Shown: positions 1 to 11,759 of the stretch, piece by piece
Position numbering within the stretch: the stretch's first letter is position 1
Layout: every line of letters starts with the position of its first letter
Source of the DNA: Octopus bimaculoides
Taxonomy: Eukaryota
Length of the DNA stretch: 64,000 nucleotides
Direction: 5' to 3'
NCBI RefSeq assembly: GCF_001194135.2
Contig: NC_068989.1
Location: 71,731,193-71,795,192, forward strand
The notes under the pieces: model-generated
Databases searched by the model: none
What the model saw: only the letters and a program-made list of their open reading frames with translations
Told to the model about the DNA's origin: nothing
Position numbers and translations under genes: made by a program

Positions 1-520
1 GACTGCGTAAGATGATAGAGACAACCTTTGCTCTGTACGTCGCGGCCAAACACTGCAAGAACAGCTCTCAAGTACACTATCTTCAAAGTCAGTCAGTCAA
101 CACGGTTTTCACATTAATAGAATAGCTTAGATTTTCACACTTATCAACTACAGCCTGAAAGAGTTCTTCGAAGGTGGCACGAGTTTTGTTTGGAAGAAGA
201 GCGTACACTGAAGTAACAGCTGAATCACCGAAAGGGACACGGATGACATAGATCTGTTTGAAAATAGTTGGAGCCATAGCAACGTTGCCATCTATATATA
301 GAGTATCAGCACCAGTAAAGATTTTGAGGCCATCACTGGTACCAAACACTAGAATACGGTTGTGTGCATTTGGTCCGTTATTGTAGAGTAAAACCTCCAC
401 TGGATTAGGGCCAACTGTCAGAGTATAGTCAGTAGAAAGTTTACCTAGACCTTTTAGCAAACGTGGTACAGGAGGAGTAGGTCGTTGGTTGCGCAGAGTT
501 CGTAACTCATTAATTAACAT
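1..520 (-). pseudogene. Decayed Mutator/MULE DDE transposase fragment (probably intronic to the SLC16-like gene)
   Basis: ORF 89-520 reads LYIDGN..APTIFKQIYVI...VYALLPNKTRATFEELF, the MULE catalytic-domain pattern. Removing one GACT from (GACT)3 at 87-98 restores LTDFE. After a further 1-bp shift the frame reads AVFGRDVQSKGCLYHLTQ (MULE GCxxH motif). Two frameshifts indicate it is inactive. Confidence 0.85.
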
Positions 521-995
521 CAGTTCTGCATATTCCTTTACAGAGACTGATTGATATGTTAACCTTAAAAAAGTGAGAATTCGATTGTTAACCTTTCTAT
601 TAAAGACGCAGAAACAGTGCTAACGTGTCCTGTTTTTTTTGTTTCTTTTTTTTCCGTGACTTTTTTTTTTACCTGGATTCGCATGCATACACATATACAC
701 CCATGTGTGTGTGTGTGTGTGTGTGCGTGCGTGTGTCTGTGTTTGTATTTGATTGCTTGTGTCTCATATTCTAGAAGTTCGACATACATAACAGAGATCG
801 ATAAAATACGTACTGGGGTCGATATAACCGACTGAACACTTGAAAGCGACGTTCCAGCTTGGTTACGGTTCATTGTGTGAAAGCAGTGTGAAAGAATAGA
901 AGAATAAAAACATTATATACTTCCATTTTAGTTCAATAAAACTGCTAATGCTCTCGGGAAATGACTGAATCCTACAACTCCACCATTTTACTTTT

Positions 996-1340
996 CTCTA
1001 AAAAGAATATTGCACCGTTTGCGTTTGATAAAATGAAATTTAAAATATTTCGTATGTCCCTAAAAAGAATATTACACTCTTTGTGCTTGCTGAAAAGAAA
1101 CATTCAAAAAAGAATACTGTACTCTTTGTGCTTAGTGTTTGTATCCCTTCCAAAATAAAAAATATATATATTGTACCCTTTGTGCTTGGTGAAGCTAATA
1201 TATTTGATATCTCTTCAAAACAAAATTGCATCCTTTGTGTTAGGCGAAACGAAACTAATGTATTTTGTATCTCTCTAAAAAAAGAGTATTGTACCTTTTG
1301 CCCTTGGAGAAACGAACCTAATATATATCATATCTTCTCT
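996..1340 (+). repeat. Degenerate minisatellite (~45-65 bp units, ~6 copies) ending at the SLC16 acceptor
   Basis: Recurrent unit aaaaagaatattgyacyctttgtgcttg...tatctc seen about six times. Confidence 0.7.
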
Positions 1341-1348
1341 GTTTTCAG

Positions 1349-2428
1349 GTTTTGGGTCTTCGTTTCTATTTTTCTCGATGAATGTGGGTGTTGCTTCGTA
1401 TCTGGAAAATTCTGGTCGACATTTTATGCCTTTAGTAGATATGGGAGGATCAGCTGGTGGCATAGTTTGCCCGCCTTTGATTTCTTATTTAATCGATTTC
1501 TACGGTTGGCGGGGAAGCCTATTGATATTTTCCGCCATTGCCTTAAATTCTTTACCTTGCGGCTTAATGTATTCCATTAAGAATAGAAACGACCTTCACT
1601 CGACAGTGGACAACAACGATAAAAATTCAAAACAACGCCAAGATTCATATGGAGAAAAGGACATCGACTGTATTTACAGACTGTTATCCACCGACATCGA
1701 AGAAGCGGGAAAAACGGATAGTTGGTACGTTGAACAAAACAGCGAGCAACTTCCGCTTCAATCCAACAACAGTCACTGTGCAGAAGAAACGGGTGATTTA
1801 GCAAGAAACGAAACGTCATCAGATCACTGCTTGGCTACTACACCAGCCATAGACGATAGCTCATCACTGAACCGTGAACACTCGAAAACTAACGACCAAG
1901 TAGAAGATACTAAAAATACAACCAGTGAAATTAGTCAAAAAGCTCTATTTTTCTCGATTTTTTCCAATAAAGATTTTCTTTTATTTGTCTTAACTATGAC
2001 AGTTGTAGTCAGTTCAGAACTCACATTATCAGCAATGACATCCGATTTCTTCGTCAGCAAAGGTACGACTCGCTCAGAAGCTGCACAAATTTATGGAATC
2101 GGTTTTACTGGTGAAATTATAGCCCACATTTCTAGTACATGGATGCTTTATAAAAACAAAACGCTAAGTTTACTTATTTTTTGCATATCTGCTATATTAA
2201 GTGGAGCTTTTGTCACGATATATCCTTCCATTCCTACTATGACATCACTGTCATCTGCTGGATGGGCAATATTTTTAACAATATGTGAAATGACTGCCCA
2301 CGGACATTACCAGGCTGTATGCATCCTTGTTATTTTGGAATTTTTCGATGAGAAGCGATATCCTTTTGCCATAGGTTTCACTATGACAGTTTCGGGAATT
2401 TTCGTTCCCATTTTCGGATACATATTTG
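1349..2428 (+). CDS. SLC16-like: SLC16/monocarboxylate transporter-like MFS protein, internal (penultimate) exon: TM4-TM11 plus large central loop
   Basis: Acceptor ttttcag|G at 1348/1349 and donor G|gtaaag at 2428/2429, both phase 1. Translation GFGSSF...PPLISYLIDFYGWRGSLLIFSAIALN is the MCT-family signature. FSNKDFLLF and KRYPFAIGF align by eye to MCT1 FTHRGFLLY and QRFSSAVGL. Upstream exons were not found in the window. Confidence 0.9.
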
Positions 2429-2834
2429 GTAAAGTAATCCCGTTTATTGCATATTTTTTTTCCTCATTACTATTTCAATGTATGGAATTATTTTTTTACT
2501 TTAATATTTGAGACATATGTACTGCTCTATCTTCTTTCAGTATTTCAACTTTTTTCCTTACTTCGTAACCCACTTCTCTCTCACTCTTCTCTGACTATCT
2601 GTTTCTGTTCGCTTTTCTCCCCCCCCCCCACTTTTGTCTGACTATCTCTGTTCGTTTACCCCTCCGTTCCTCCCTCCCTCCCTCTCTTTTGCATTGATCC
2701 ATGAATTAACTTACTCAGAGATTGAAGTTATACTCTCTAAGTAAATTATTACATTTAACCCTTGACTTAACTCTTATATTCACTATTCATTGGTTCCGTG
2801 AATTCAGTGTCAAAGACAGTAGTTTCGCTAGTGA

Positions 2835-2848
2835 GCTTGTGTGTGTGT

Positions 2849-2895
<47 letters not shown>

Positions 2896-3060
2896 CGCGC
2901 GTGCGTATACGTGTGTATATATATCTGTAGTAATCCATGTCTCTTTCTTTCTCTCTTCTATGCGCGCGTGTGTGTGGTTATGTTTGTATTTATCTATTTA
3001 CACACACATACACTCACTCTCTCTGTCTGTCTATCTATCTATCTATCTATCTATCTATAC
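2835..3060. repeat. (GT)n/(GC)n and (TCTA)n microsatellites in the SLC16 last intron
   Basis: Direct read. Confidence 0.95.
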
Positions 3061-3733
3061 ATAAACATACACTCTTTCCCTCCTTTCTCTCTTTATCTCT
3101 TGCCTGTCACACCCTGTACATTCCTCTCGATTTCCAATTTGCCTCACAGTCGCACCTACTCACAGATATTCAGATCCAGGCTTTCTTTACACACACACTA
3201 ACACCTCTAACCCGTACACCCGCTAACCTACGCCCCAATACTTCCTCACTTCCACTCTTCCACACACATACATCATCTCAGAAAAACATACACACTACTT
3301 TCCTATATTCCAGACACAGATACACTCCCATACTTGCACATACACATTCACCTCCTTCTTAACGCATTCCATAGATCCACAATCCCACTTGTTTCTTAAC
3401 CCCTCTTTCGTTTCTTCTTTTTTCTCGCCGACAATTCCCTCTTCTTTTTTTTTCTGATGATTGACTAATATCCGAAACGTCCCTTTCTCTATTAAAGCGT
3501 TACGATAATACTGTAATTGCTTAAACATTGTCCCACCGGTGTTGGTCTTTTTTTTATTATTATTCATTACATTTAAATTTGTGCGTGTGCATTTGTATAT
3601 GTGTGTGTGCGTGTGCATATGCATATGTGTGTGTGTGTGCGTCTGTGTCTCTGTGTGTACATATATGTATGTGCATATGCACATGTATATAGTATGCATA
3701 TATATGTGTGCAGCAAGATACAAGATCATTCTA

Positions 3734-3945
3734 CAGGGTGTCCACAAAATCTGGGTACATGGAGATTAATACATACTTTAAGAAATTATCATTTCTTATA
3801 TTTAATTGTTTATGTTATGATTTTATTTACTCCATGTACCCACGTGGGGATTAATACATACTTTAAGAAATTATTATTTCTTATATTTAATTGTTTATGT
3901 TATGATTTTATTTACTCCATCTACCCAGACTTTGTGGACACCCTG
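3734..3945. mobile_element. Tc1/mariner-type MITE with internally duplicated core
   Basis: TIRs cagggtgtccacaaaatctgggta / tacccagactttgtggacaccctg, TA on both flanks (3732-33, 3946-47), and a ~70-bp core present twice. Confidence 0.85.
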
Positions 3946-4061
3946 TAGAATTAGTTTTCAAAATCTAATTCCTATGGTGATGATGATGATGATGATGATG
4001 ATGTTGATGATAAACTCTTCTGCATTTCTAAACCCTGAATTTTAATTTCATCGTTTTCCAG

Positions 4062-4234
4062 GTATTATCACCCAATACAACAACAACGACTACACCGTCA
4101 GCTTTTATCTTCTGGGCTCCTTAATTGTGGTCTTTACTTTGCCAACATTTATACGTTTTCTTGTTAAACGAGAAAAGTCTAAGAGAAAAGAAACCCATCA
4201 AAAGAACTTAGAAATAAATTTAAAAGACTCTTAA
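4062..4234 (+). CDS. SLC16-like: SLC16-like last coding exon (TM12 and C-tail)
   Basis: Acceptor ttttccag at 4061, phase 1 matching the previous donor. Reads GIITQYNNNDYTVSFYLLGSLIVVFTLPTFIRFLVKREKSKRKETHQKNLEINLKDS* (MCT GxLxD..GdY..sFy..G pattern). TAA at 4232-4234. Confidence 0.88.
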
Positions 4235-4485
4235 ATTCAAAAGACGTTTGACTAACTTTCACTTTTCAAGAAGAGAAAAATAATCTGCTGATGCAGTCTT
4301 CTTATCTCACAGTTCGTCCTTGGAAATCTTGTCAGAATACGAAAGTTGTGCAAAAAGTTTGTCTTGAAGAGCAGCACAGGAAAAAACGTAAAAACAAAAA
4401 TGATAATTTATTAAAAAAAGTAAGGCTTATTTTTTAATTTATTCGCTTTGTAAGCTCTTATAAAAGAAACTGTGAATGCGAAACG

Positions 4486-4488
<3 letters not shown>

Positions 4489-4564
<76 letters not shown>

Positions 4565-4567
4565 GAG
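4489..4567. repeat. (GA)n microsatellite in the presumed SLC16 3' UTR
   Basis: Direct read. Confidence 0.95.
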
Positions 4568-4816
4568 TACGAAACGGCTACAGACAACGAACACACGATA
4601 ATACGGCTTCTCAAAGAAACAAACTATGGAAGGATAAAAGGGAATGAATTAGCTCGAGAATGTCTACATATATGTGATTGATATATTTTAATGCCTGAAA
4701 GAATTATTTGAATGTATGTGATGTATCGTGAAGATGTGCTTGAAGGTAAACATTTTTGTACAGTTAATATGGTTTCTTTGTGAATCAATTTATAAAATTA
4801 TTTATTTATATATTTT

Positions 4817-4822
4817 AATAAA
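4817..4822 (+). terminator. Candidate polyadenylation signal of the SLC16-like gene
   Basis: AATAAA ~580 nt after the stop; a second lies at 4955-4960. The AT-rich context makes this weak. Confidence 0.35.
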
Positions 4823-5060
4823 ACAGGAGAATACGGGGAAACTAATGCTGTTCAGCTTTGGCAAAGAAGTTATAGAAATATATTAAACAATCGATTAAAT
4901 TATATATCACGAGGAAGAAGAAAAAAAAGCTTACGTTTTTCGAAGACAGAAAATAATAAAGCAAATCACTGATGTACGAATTACGAGTTTTATTTCATTG
5001 CTATTATGTATAAGAGAGCATAGTTGATAGTATATATGTGTTAGATGCTATTATATACAA

Positions 5061-5741
5061 CAGTCATGGGCAGACCGTAGCCCACAGGGCTTTCTGAATG
5101 GCACGCCAACGAAAGCTTACTCTGAATCTTTTTAGTAGGGCGGTCCGCCGGATGCGAATTTTTTTCCTACGAGAGTTCCGGACTCCAGTTATGAACTCAT
5201 TTGCATACAGCTAATCAGAGCTCGACTATCAAACTAATTTATGAGCGCATAACAAGTGATGAGCGATAAGATAAGGTCACTTGGTTAAGGAATGACCATG
5301 CTTCATTTCACTTTTAAGAATGCTTGTTGTTCTTGTTCTTGTTTCAACCATGGCTGCCCCTGCGTGGTTATTTGTGTTGTTTACTTTGTAAAACAGTAAG
5401 AGGAGAGGGTTGCTAGCACATCACCCTCTACCTACATTTCCACATCCATATCTCACCTAACAAAATCCGATAATAGGTATAGATGCAAATCTATCTAATT
5501 ACTTGTCTCCTAAAATCAGGCATATCTTGGCGATCGGTCGACTGACAACACCGTCCTTTGTCTTGAGCTTACTTGGTAGAGTGTGTTTGTTAACTTGACA
5601 AGGTTAAGGTGAGCTCTGAGTGGCTGGATGCAAATGAGTTCATTACTGGGGTCTGGAACTCTCGTAGGAAAAATTTTCGCCCACCGGATTGTGGCCCATG
5701 TCTCATACGGCCCGCTTCTAGGTAAAGGTTACCCATGCCTT
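5061..5741. mobile_element. Non-autonomous hAT-like DNA transposon with subterminal inverted repeats
   Basis: Termini cagtcatgggcag / rc aaggcatgggtaa. Imperfect 8-bp TSD atatacaa / gtatacag. A ~65-bp inverted repeat lies at ~5158-5223 vs ~5612-5678. Confidence 0.65.
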
Positions 5742-5939
5742 GTATACAGTATTAAGACAGGAGCTGGTAGAATCGTTACAGTGGGGTGTCGGAAAAATGC
5801 TTTGTGGTATTTGTTCCGACTCTTCAATTTCTGAGTTCAAATCAGTTTTACTTTTCATCCTTTCGGGGGTCGATGACATAAAGTACCAATCTAATATCGG
5901 AGTCGATGGTATCAATTAACCCTCTCCCCTAAAATTTAT

Positions 5940-6175
5940 GGAGGCGCGTGGTTTAGTGGTTTGGGTGTTGGATTCAAGATTGTTGTTTCGATTCTTGGAC
6001 CAGGTGACGCGGTGTGTTCTTGAGCAAAACACTTCATTTCACGTTGCTCCAGTTCACTCAGTTGGCAAAAATGAGTAATCCTGCGACGGACTGGCGTCCC
6101 GTCCAGGTGAAGAATATATACGCCATGGAAACTAGCCCCTATGAATCAGCATGATTCGAGAAGATAACCTTTACC
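5940..6175 (+). mobile_element. tRNA-derived SINE (related copies on - at ~7870-7990, ~39990-40165, ~44110-44320)
   Basis: A-box tggtttagtgg and B-box gtttcgattc, followed by a CORE-like gtgttcttgagcaaaacacttcatttcacgttgctccag segment. Confidence 0.75.
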
Positions 6176-6867
6176 GTCACGTTACCCCTAAAATTTGCTG
6201 GCCTTGAGCCTAAAATCAGAGACTGTTATTACGTATAATGTTCACTCAAATCTATAGGTACACTGTTGTTCAGAAGCAGAAATAAGGATGTTATCACTCG
6301 AACACACATCTGTGAATTATGAAAGTGAAGTGAGGGACGAGAGACAGATGTGGGGAGAGAGAGAAGAGGGAAAAGACATTGACAGATTGTGTGAGTAGGG
6401 TAGGAGATGAGATGATGTAAACTGTGAGGGTGGGGTTGAAGTGAAGAGTATGGGGGGTGATGTGAATAGCGTGAGAAGTGATGTGAGTAGTGCGAAAGAC
6501 TGTATGAGCAGCGTCGGAGGTGATGGGAAACAGTGTGAGTAGCATGGGAGATGGTGGGGAAACTGCGAGCCGCGTGGGAGATGATGTGAGTAGTGTAGGA
6601 GATAAAGTGAGTGATGTGCGATGTGGTGTGAGAAGTGTGGAAGACGATATGAAAATTAATTGTTTGAAATTAAATGAAATGTCAAGAAATGGTGGCCAGA
6701 ATGCTAGTATTATGCAGGTCACTTGAAATGGCAAGGACAAAGTGGTCGGTGTAGGAAACAAGGGGGAGAGCTGAGTAAGGAGGTGAAGACAGAATGAAAT
6801 CATTAACTACAGGTCCGTATTCGCAAGCAAAAAGAAATATTGAGTCATATACATTAACATACATATT

Positions 6868-7242
6868 TGTTGTTGGAACTCCGCCGCTTACGACGTCGAG
6901 GGTTCCAGTTGATCCGATCAACGGAACAGCCTGTTCGTGAAATTAACGTGTATGTGGCTGAGCACTCCACAGACACGTGTACCCTTAACGTAGTTCTCGG
7001 GGATATTCAGCGTGACACAGTGTGACAAGGCTGGTCCCTTTAAAATACAGGTACAACAGAAACAGGAAGAAAGAGTGAGAGAAAGTTGTGGTGAAAGAGT
7101 ACAGCAGGGTTCGCCACAACCCCCCTCGTGGAGCTTTACGTGTTTTCGCTCAATAAACACTCACAACGCCCGGTCTGAGAATCGAAACCGCGATCCTATG
7201 ACCGCGAGTCCGCTGCCCTAACCACTGGGCCATTGCACCTCC
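6868..7242 (-). mobile_element. tRNA(Arg-like)-derived SINE, near full length
   Basis: Reverse complement of the element at 22012-22395; pol III A/B boxes in the head and a (CAA)n tail. Confidence 0.85.
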
Positions 7243-7493
7243 ACAACATACATATATTACCCATGATAACGACGTCATACCAAAAATATCAAACCTTCAT
7301 CAAAATAATACAAAACGTATACAACCTCTTGAAAAAACAAATATCCCAGTGCAATACATTTCCGATGGAATATTAACAAAAAGTTCTACAAAGACTTACT
7401 CGTAGAAATACACAGAATTAGCCGGAAGAGGGAATACCTGCCCTTCCACGGGAATAAGGTGAATAGTCCTCATTTTCCGACGTATTATCGAAC

Positions 7494-7720
7494 ATGGCCT
7501 TACTCAAAATAGGTAGTGTACGTAGCCTGCGGTTTCCTTGGAAACAGAGCCACCTGATAGACGATATCATATCTATAGATATTGATGTGGTGTCCATCAC
7601 AGAGGCACGAGTTTTCATATCCACTTTTGGTGGCTACGAAGTGCATGCACACCAAGTTGGCCGGGATCGGGAAGCAGAGTGCTGTGTTGGGCATTAATGG
7701 TTGTCTCTGAAGTCCTAGAA
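7494..7720 (+). pseudogene. Decayed APE-endonuclease N-terminus of a non-LTR retrotransposon (Tx1/L1-like)
   Basis: MALLKIGSVRSLRFPWKQSHLIDDIISIDIDVVSITEAR resembles the LxI..NVRGL...K...D...D...QE start of LINE APE domains. Confidence 0.6.
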
Positions 7721-9894
7721 AGACTGTTCTGCAATACCTTGCCAAACAAATTCTCAGATTATTTGTTTATAGTTATCAAATATTTGTGCTGCACATTAAG
7801 GATTTCCCTCCATTAAATCGACATTGCCTGAACAAGTGCATGGTGTACCACATATCAGATATCAAAGTGATCGCAGAGCAACGCAAGAAGAAGTGGCTTG
7901 CTCAAGAACACAACACACCACCCGGTGCGAGATTCGAAGCCACGATCTCGTGATCGTGAATACAACACCCTAACCACCAGGCCACGCATCCTCATATGTG
8001 TGTGTGCATATCTTTACTTTCGTCCCTTACCACCGCTTGACAACCAGTGCTGTTTTCTTCGTCGCAGTAACCTAGCGGTTCGGTACAAGGGGTTGCTAGA
8101 ACAAGTTCCCGGCTTTTAAAAAAGCTTAAGTATTGAGGTCGATTTGTTCGACTAAATATTGCAAGGCAGTGCTCCATCATGGCCGCTGTCCAATGACTGA
8201 GCCAAGTTAAAGGTAGTTCAGGATTTTTTTCTTTTTTTTTTGAGTTGGCATTTGACAATGACATACATAGCTTGATGCCCCAGTATTCAATTCGCCTTTT
8301 TCTTGTGACTGATGGAATCAAAATGACTATGGAAAATCAACAAAGAAAGAAAAGAAATAATAAACAAACTCGAAAAAGACCAAAAAAAAAAAAAAAACCC
8401 AAATAAATTCGAATGACTATCCTATGTAGCAGAAAAATAGAATTAAGACTTTGCTGTGAAATAGGATTCGAGGGTTACTTCCCTTAGTAATACCGATTCT
8501 TTAATCATTTCATAGAATTGACAATGTCAATAAAGATGAATTCTACTGAGTTATCACAATCTATTGCTTTGTTTATTTTTTCCTTTCTCCTTTCATCATT
8601 AAATTTTCCCTATTCTTTCTTTTTTTTTTTTTTTGGCTTTTCTTTTCACAAAATTATTTTCGAGGAGGAAGATGTAACATATCCATTTTTGGTATAGTAC
8701 GGTATACTTTATCAAAGGGACTTAACTCTCAATGGCTTGGTGCACTTAACGATAACACATCATGTGGAAGATAATGTATTAAGGCTTCAGCTCATAGAAA
8801 ATGTATAACGAGTAGATATTTCGTAACCTTCCTGTGCAGATTTCGAACCCTCTCGTATACAAAATACGGTATTATATTAAAATTTTCTTTCGCAAGAGCC
8901 AGATATCTCACAAACTCCTAAGGCTTGCGAAATCTAGAAAACCTAACCACACTCACTAAAACGTAAGGCGTTTTTTAAAAGCAGTCGCTGGAAGACATTT
9001 TTATCACAATTCAAATATATATAAACGACACACATTTCCATCTTCAGTACCCGGGGATCTTTCTAACAAATTAATATCTTATTGTTCAATCATAATCCTT
9101 ATTTGAAATGCCAAATGTGGTAAATATTGATATTTACAAACGAAAGCATGAAACAATCACACTTAAACCAAAACCAAGGTGTAAGGGGTATACAACTTTC
9201 GGTGTTCTCCTTCATTAAAATTTAGCACGTTCATCAACATCATCAGTCATCACCGTCGTCGTTTAACGTTCATTTCTCTATGCATGAGTCACATGGAATT
9301 TGCTGAGGCAGAGTTTTTCTACAGCTGGATGCCCTTCCTGTCACCAACCCTTCCATGCCAGGTAACATATCGCCATGAAAGGCAAGAAACAGACAGTATC
9401 GTTTGCATGACTGCAATGCTCATTTACAATCATCAAATTATGTCACGACAAGGGTACACCATCAAACACATATATACATTTATGATAGGCTTTTTTAAAT
9501 TTCCATCCACCAAATTCACACAATGCATTTGCTCTAGGTGCTGCACATTGGGACTGAACCCAAGACCACATGGTTGGGAAGCAAGCTTAACCACACAACA
9601 ATACTGGCACCTTTGTATCCAAGAAAAACTAATTGCAAATCCTTTAATATAAAAAGCATTATCAAATTTTATTTTGAGAGAATCTCATATACACCTTGAA
9701 TTGACTGAAGCAGTAATTTTCAAAGTGGAAAATACCTGCATTCCTCCTCAAATATCTGTCTATATCTACATATACAGGTAGACAAAGTTTTTGGTTTACC
9801 CCTCTTAATTAATGAGGAGAAAAACAGGTTTTCCATCTAAATAAGTTCTTCCTTCACTATATTGCTGAAAAAGTTTACAATGTTTTATCTTTTA

Positions 9895-10270
9895 CTTAGT
9901 TCAGTCATTAGACTGTGGTCATGCTGGGCCACTGCCTTGAAGAACTTTCTATTCAAATTAATCTACCCCAGTACTTATTTTTTGTTAAGGCTGGCACTTA
10001 CTCTATCAGTCTCGTTTGCCTAACTGCTATGTTATGGGAACGTAAATACATCAACACTGGTTGCCAAGTGATAGCAGAGGACAAACATAGACACAAAGAC
10101 ACACACACACACGATTGGCTTCTTTTAGTTTTTGTCTACCAAATCCACTCACAAAGCCTTGGTTGGCTCAAGGCTATAGTAGAAGACACTTGCATAAGGT
10201 GCCACGCAGTGGGAGTGAACCCGGAACCATGTGGCTGAGAAGAAAGCTTCTTACTACACAACCATGCCAT
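9895..10270 (-). mobile_element. tRNA-derived SINE family A, degenerate copy
   Basis: Homologous to the 40186-40582 copy. Confidence 0.8.
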
Positions 10271-11759
10271 TAAACATGGCAATTTGGCCACCCTGCTTCC
10301 TTTTTTTTCAAGAGTGAGGAGAATACAATGTAAATCCACCTGAAATCCTTGTTGTGACAGCCAAATTTCTCTACACTGGACATCCTACCTTGTGACTCTC
10401 AAATATTTTCAAATTCAATAACATTTATAATATATTGGGATTGAAATGAAACAATTATTTTTACTATCCCCACTCTTTCTTTCTTTCTTTTTTTTTGAAA
10501 TGATTGAAATTAGTTTTGCACCAGCACAAACAAAAGAAAAAGAATTAACAATCATAATACTGAATAACTTTGAATTTTCACTTTAATTCTTTTAATAGAA
10601 AAAACTTCCGTGGTATTTGTTAATGGTTTCGTTTTGTGGAGAGGGGAGACATTTTCTTTTAAATCGTGTTTTACTTGTGTCTTTTGCTCTTTTTATTTTT
10701 TTTTTTTTGTATGTTCAAGTTAGAGTTTATATGTTACTGGATGAACTGACCAAAGTGGAGGGGAGAGGAGGTCAGTGATTTTTTTTTTTTAAATCCTGTC
10801 TTAGTATTGTATCCACTTAGCTTTGATGACCAAGTCCATCTAACACTCAATGAGTTCTACAGGTGGTATTGTTTAATGCTATAAGCAGTAGCAGCATCAG
10901 CAGCATTGTATAATAAATGTGTTATGGAATGAACTAAACCCAGCTTACAATGGTGAATTCAGTTCTCTCCATGAGAAAAATTTACCTGCAATAGACTAAG
11001 GTCGATACTCACTTGACTTTACACAGAATGCAATGGAACTGAACAGTGACTTTATTTTATAAATGCTAGAAATTTAAATAGGGTGTGGGTTTATTTATAA
11101 ATCCACATGAGTGAACAGTATCAACAAGAAGAGTATGAAATGTATTTATTAACTGAAAGCCAAAACTGTTTTGCCTCACTTTAATATCCTTATTTAGTTT
11201 ATACTTATGTTTTTGAATACGGTTAAATAGTGAATGTTTTTGAATACAGTTAAAAGCAGCTGTTTACTAGCAGAATTCTATAATAATTTCATTAATAAGG
11301 GATTTCTGATATAATCAAACATTTTAGACCAATTTACTGAAATGCTTACAAACAAATACTTTTGTTGCCATACATTGATTGGAATATCCTGTCTTTGTTT
11401 CAATTAATTTTGAAAAATGATAAAGAATTTAGTAAAATTATTTTGCTATTATTTATCTGATGTCTGGAACATAGACTTAGAAGAAGTTTTGATTGAATTT
11501 TTCAGTTTTGGTCTCTTTAAACCAGGAACTTCCTATCAGAGAACCTGGTGTGATTTCAAGTGGATTGGTACCAAAAGGGTGAATGGTTTCCATTGAATTT
11601 TTAAATGCAAGACTAGAAAACAATGAGGGGAAATTATCAAATATTAAAATGTTAATTAATGATTTTTAAATGTTCCGATAGAAAGTTGGAAAACAAAAAC
11701 AAAATCATTTTCTTAAAATGGACATATGATAAATTTAATGCTACTACTACTAATAATAA

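Noticed and set aside
1378-2511. 377-aa ORF as a complete single-exon gene
   Set aside because: Homology extends 5' of the ATG to the acceptor at 1349 and stops at the donor at 2428; the ORF tail is intron read-through.
565-3948. Many 60-160 aa ORFs (HTHT/CVCV/LSLS) overlapping the SLC16 introns
   Set aside because: Translations of microsatellites; no domain content.
6294-6803. 169-aa Ser/Thr/Pro/His-rich ORF
   Set aside because: Translation of a strand-biased G/A/T low-complexity tract.
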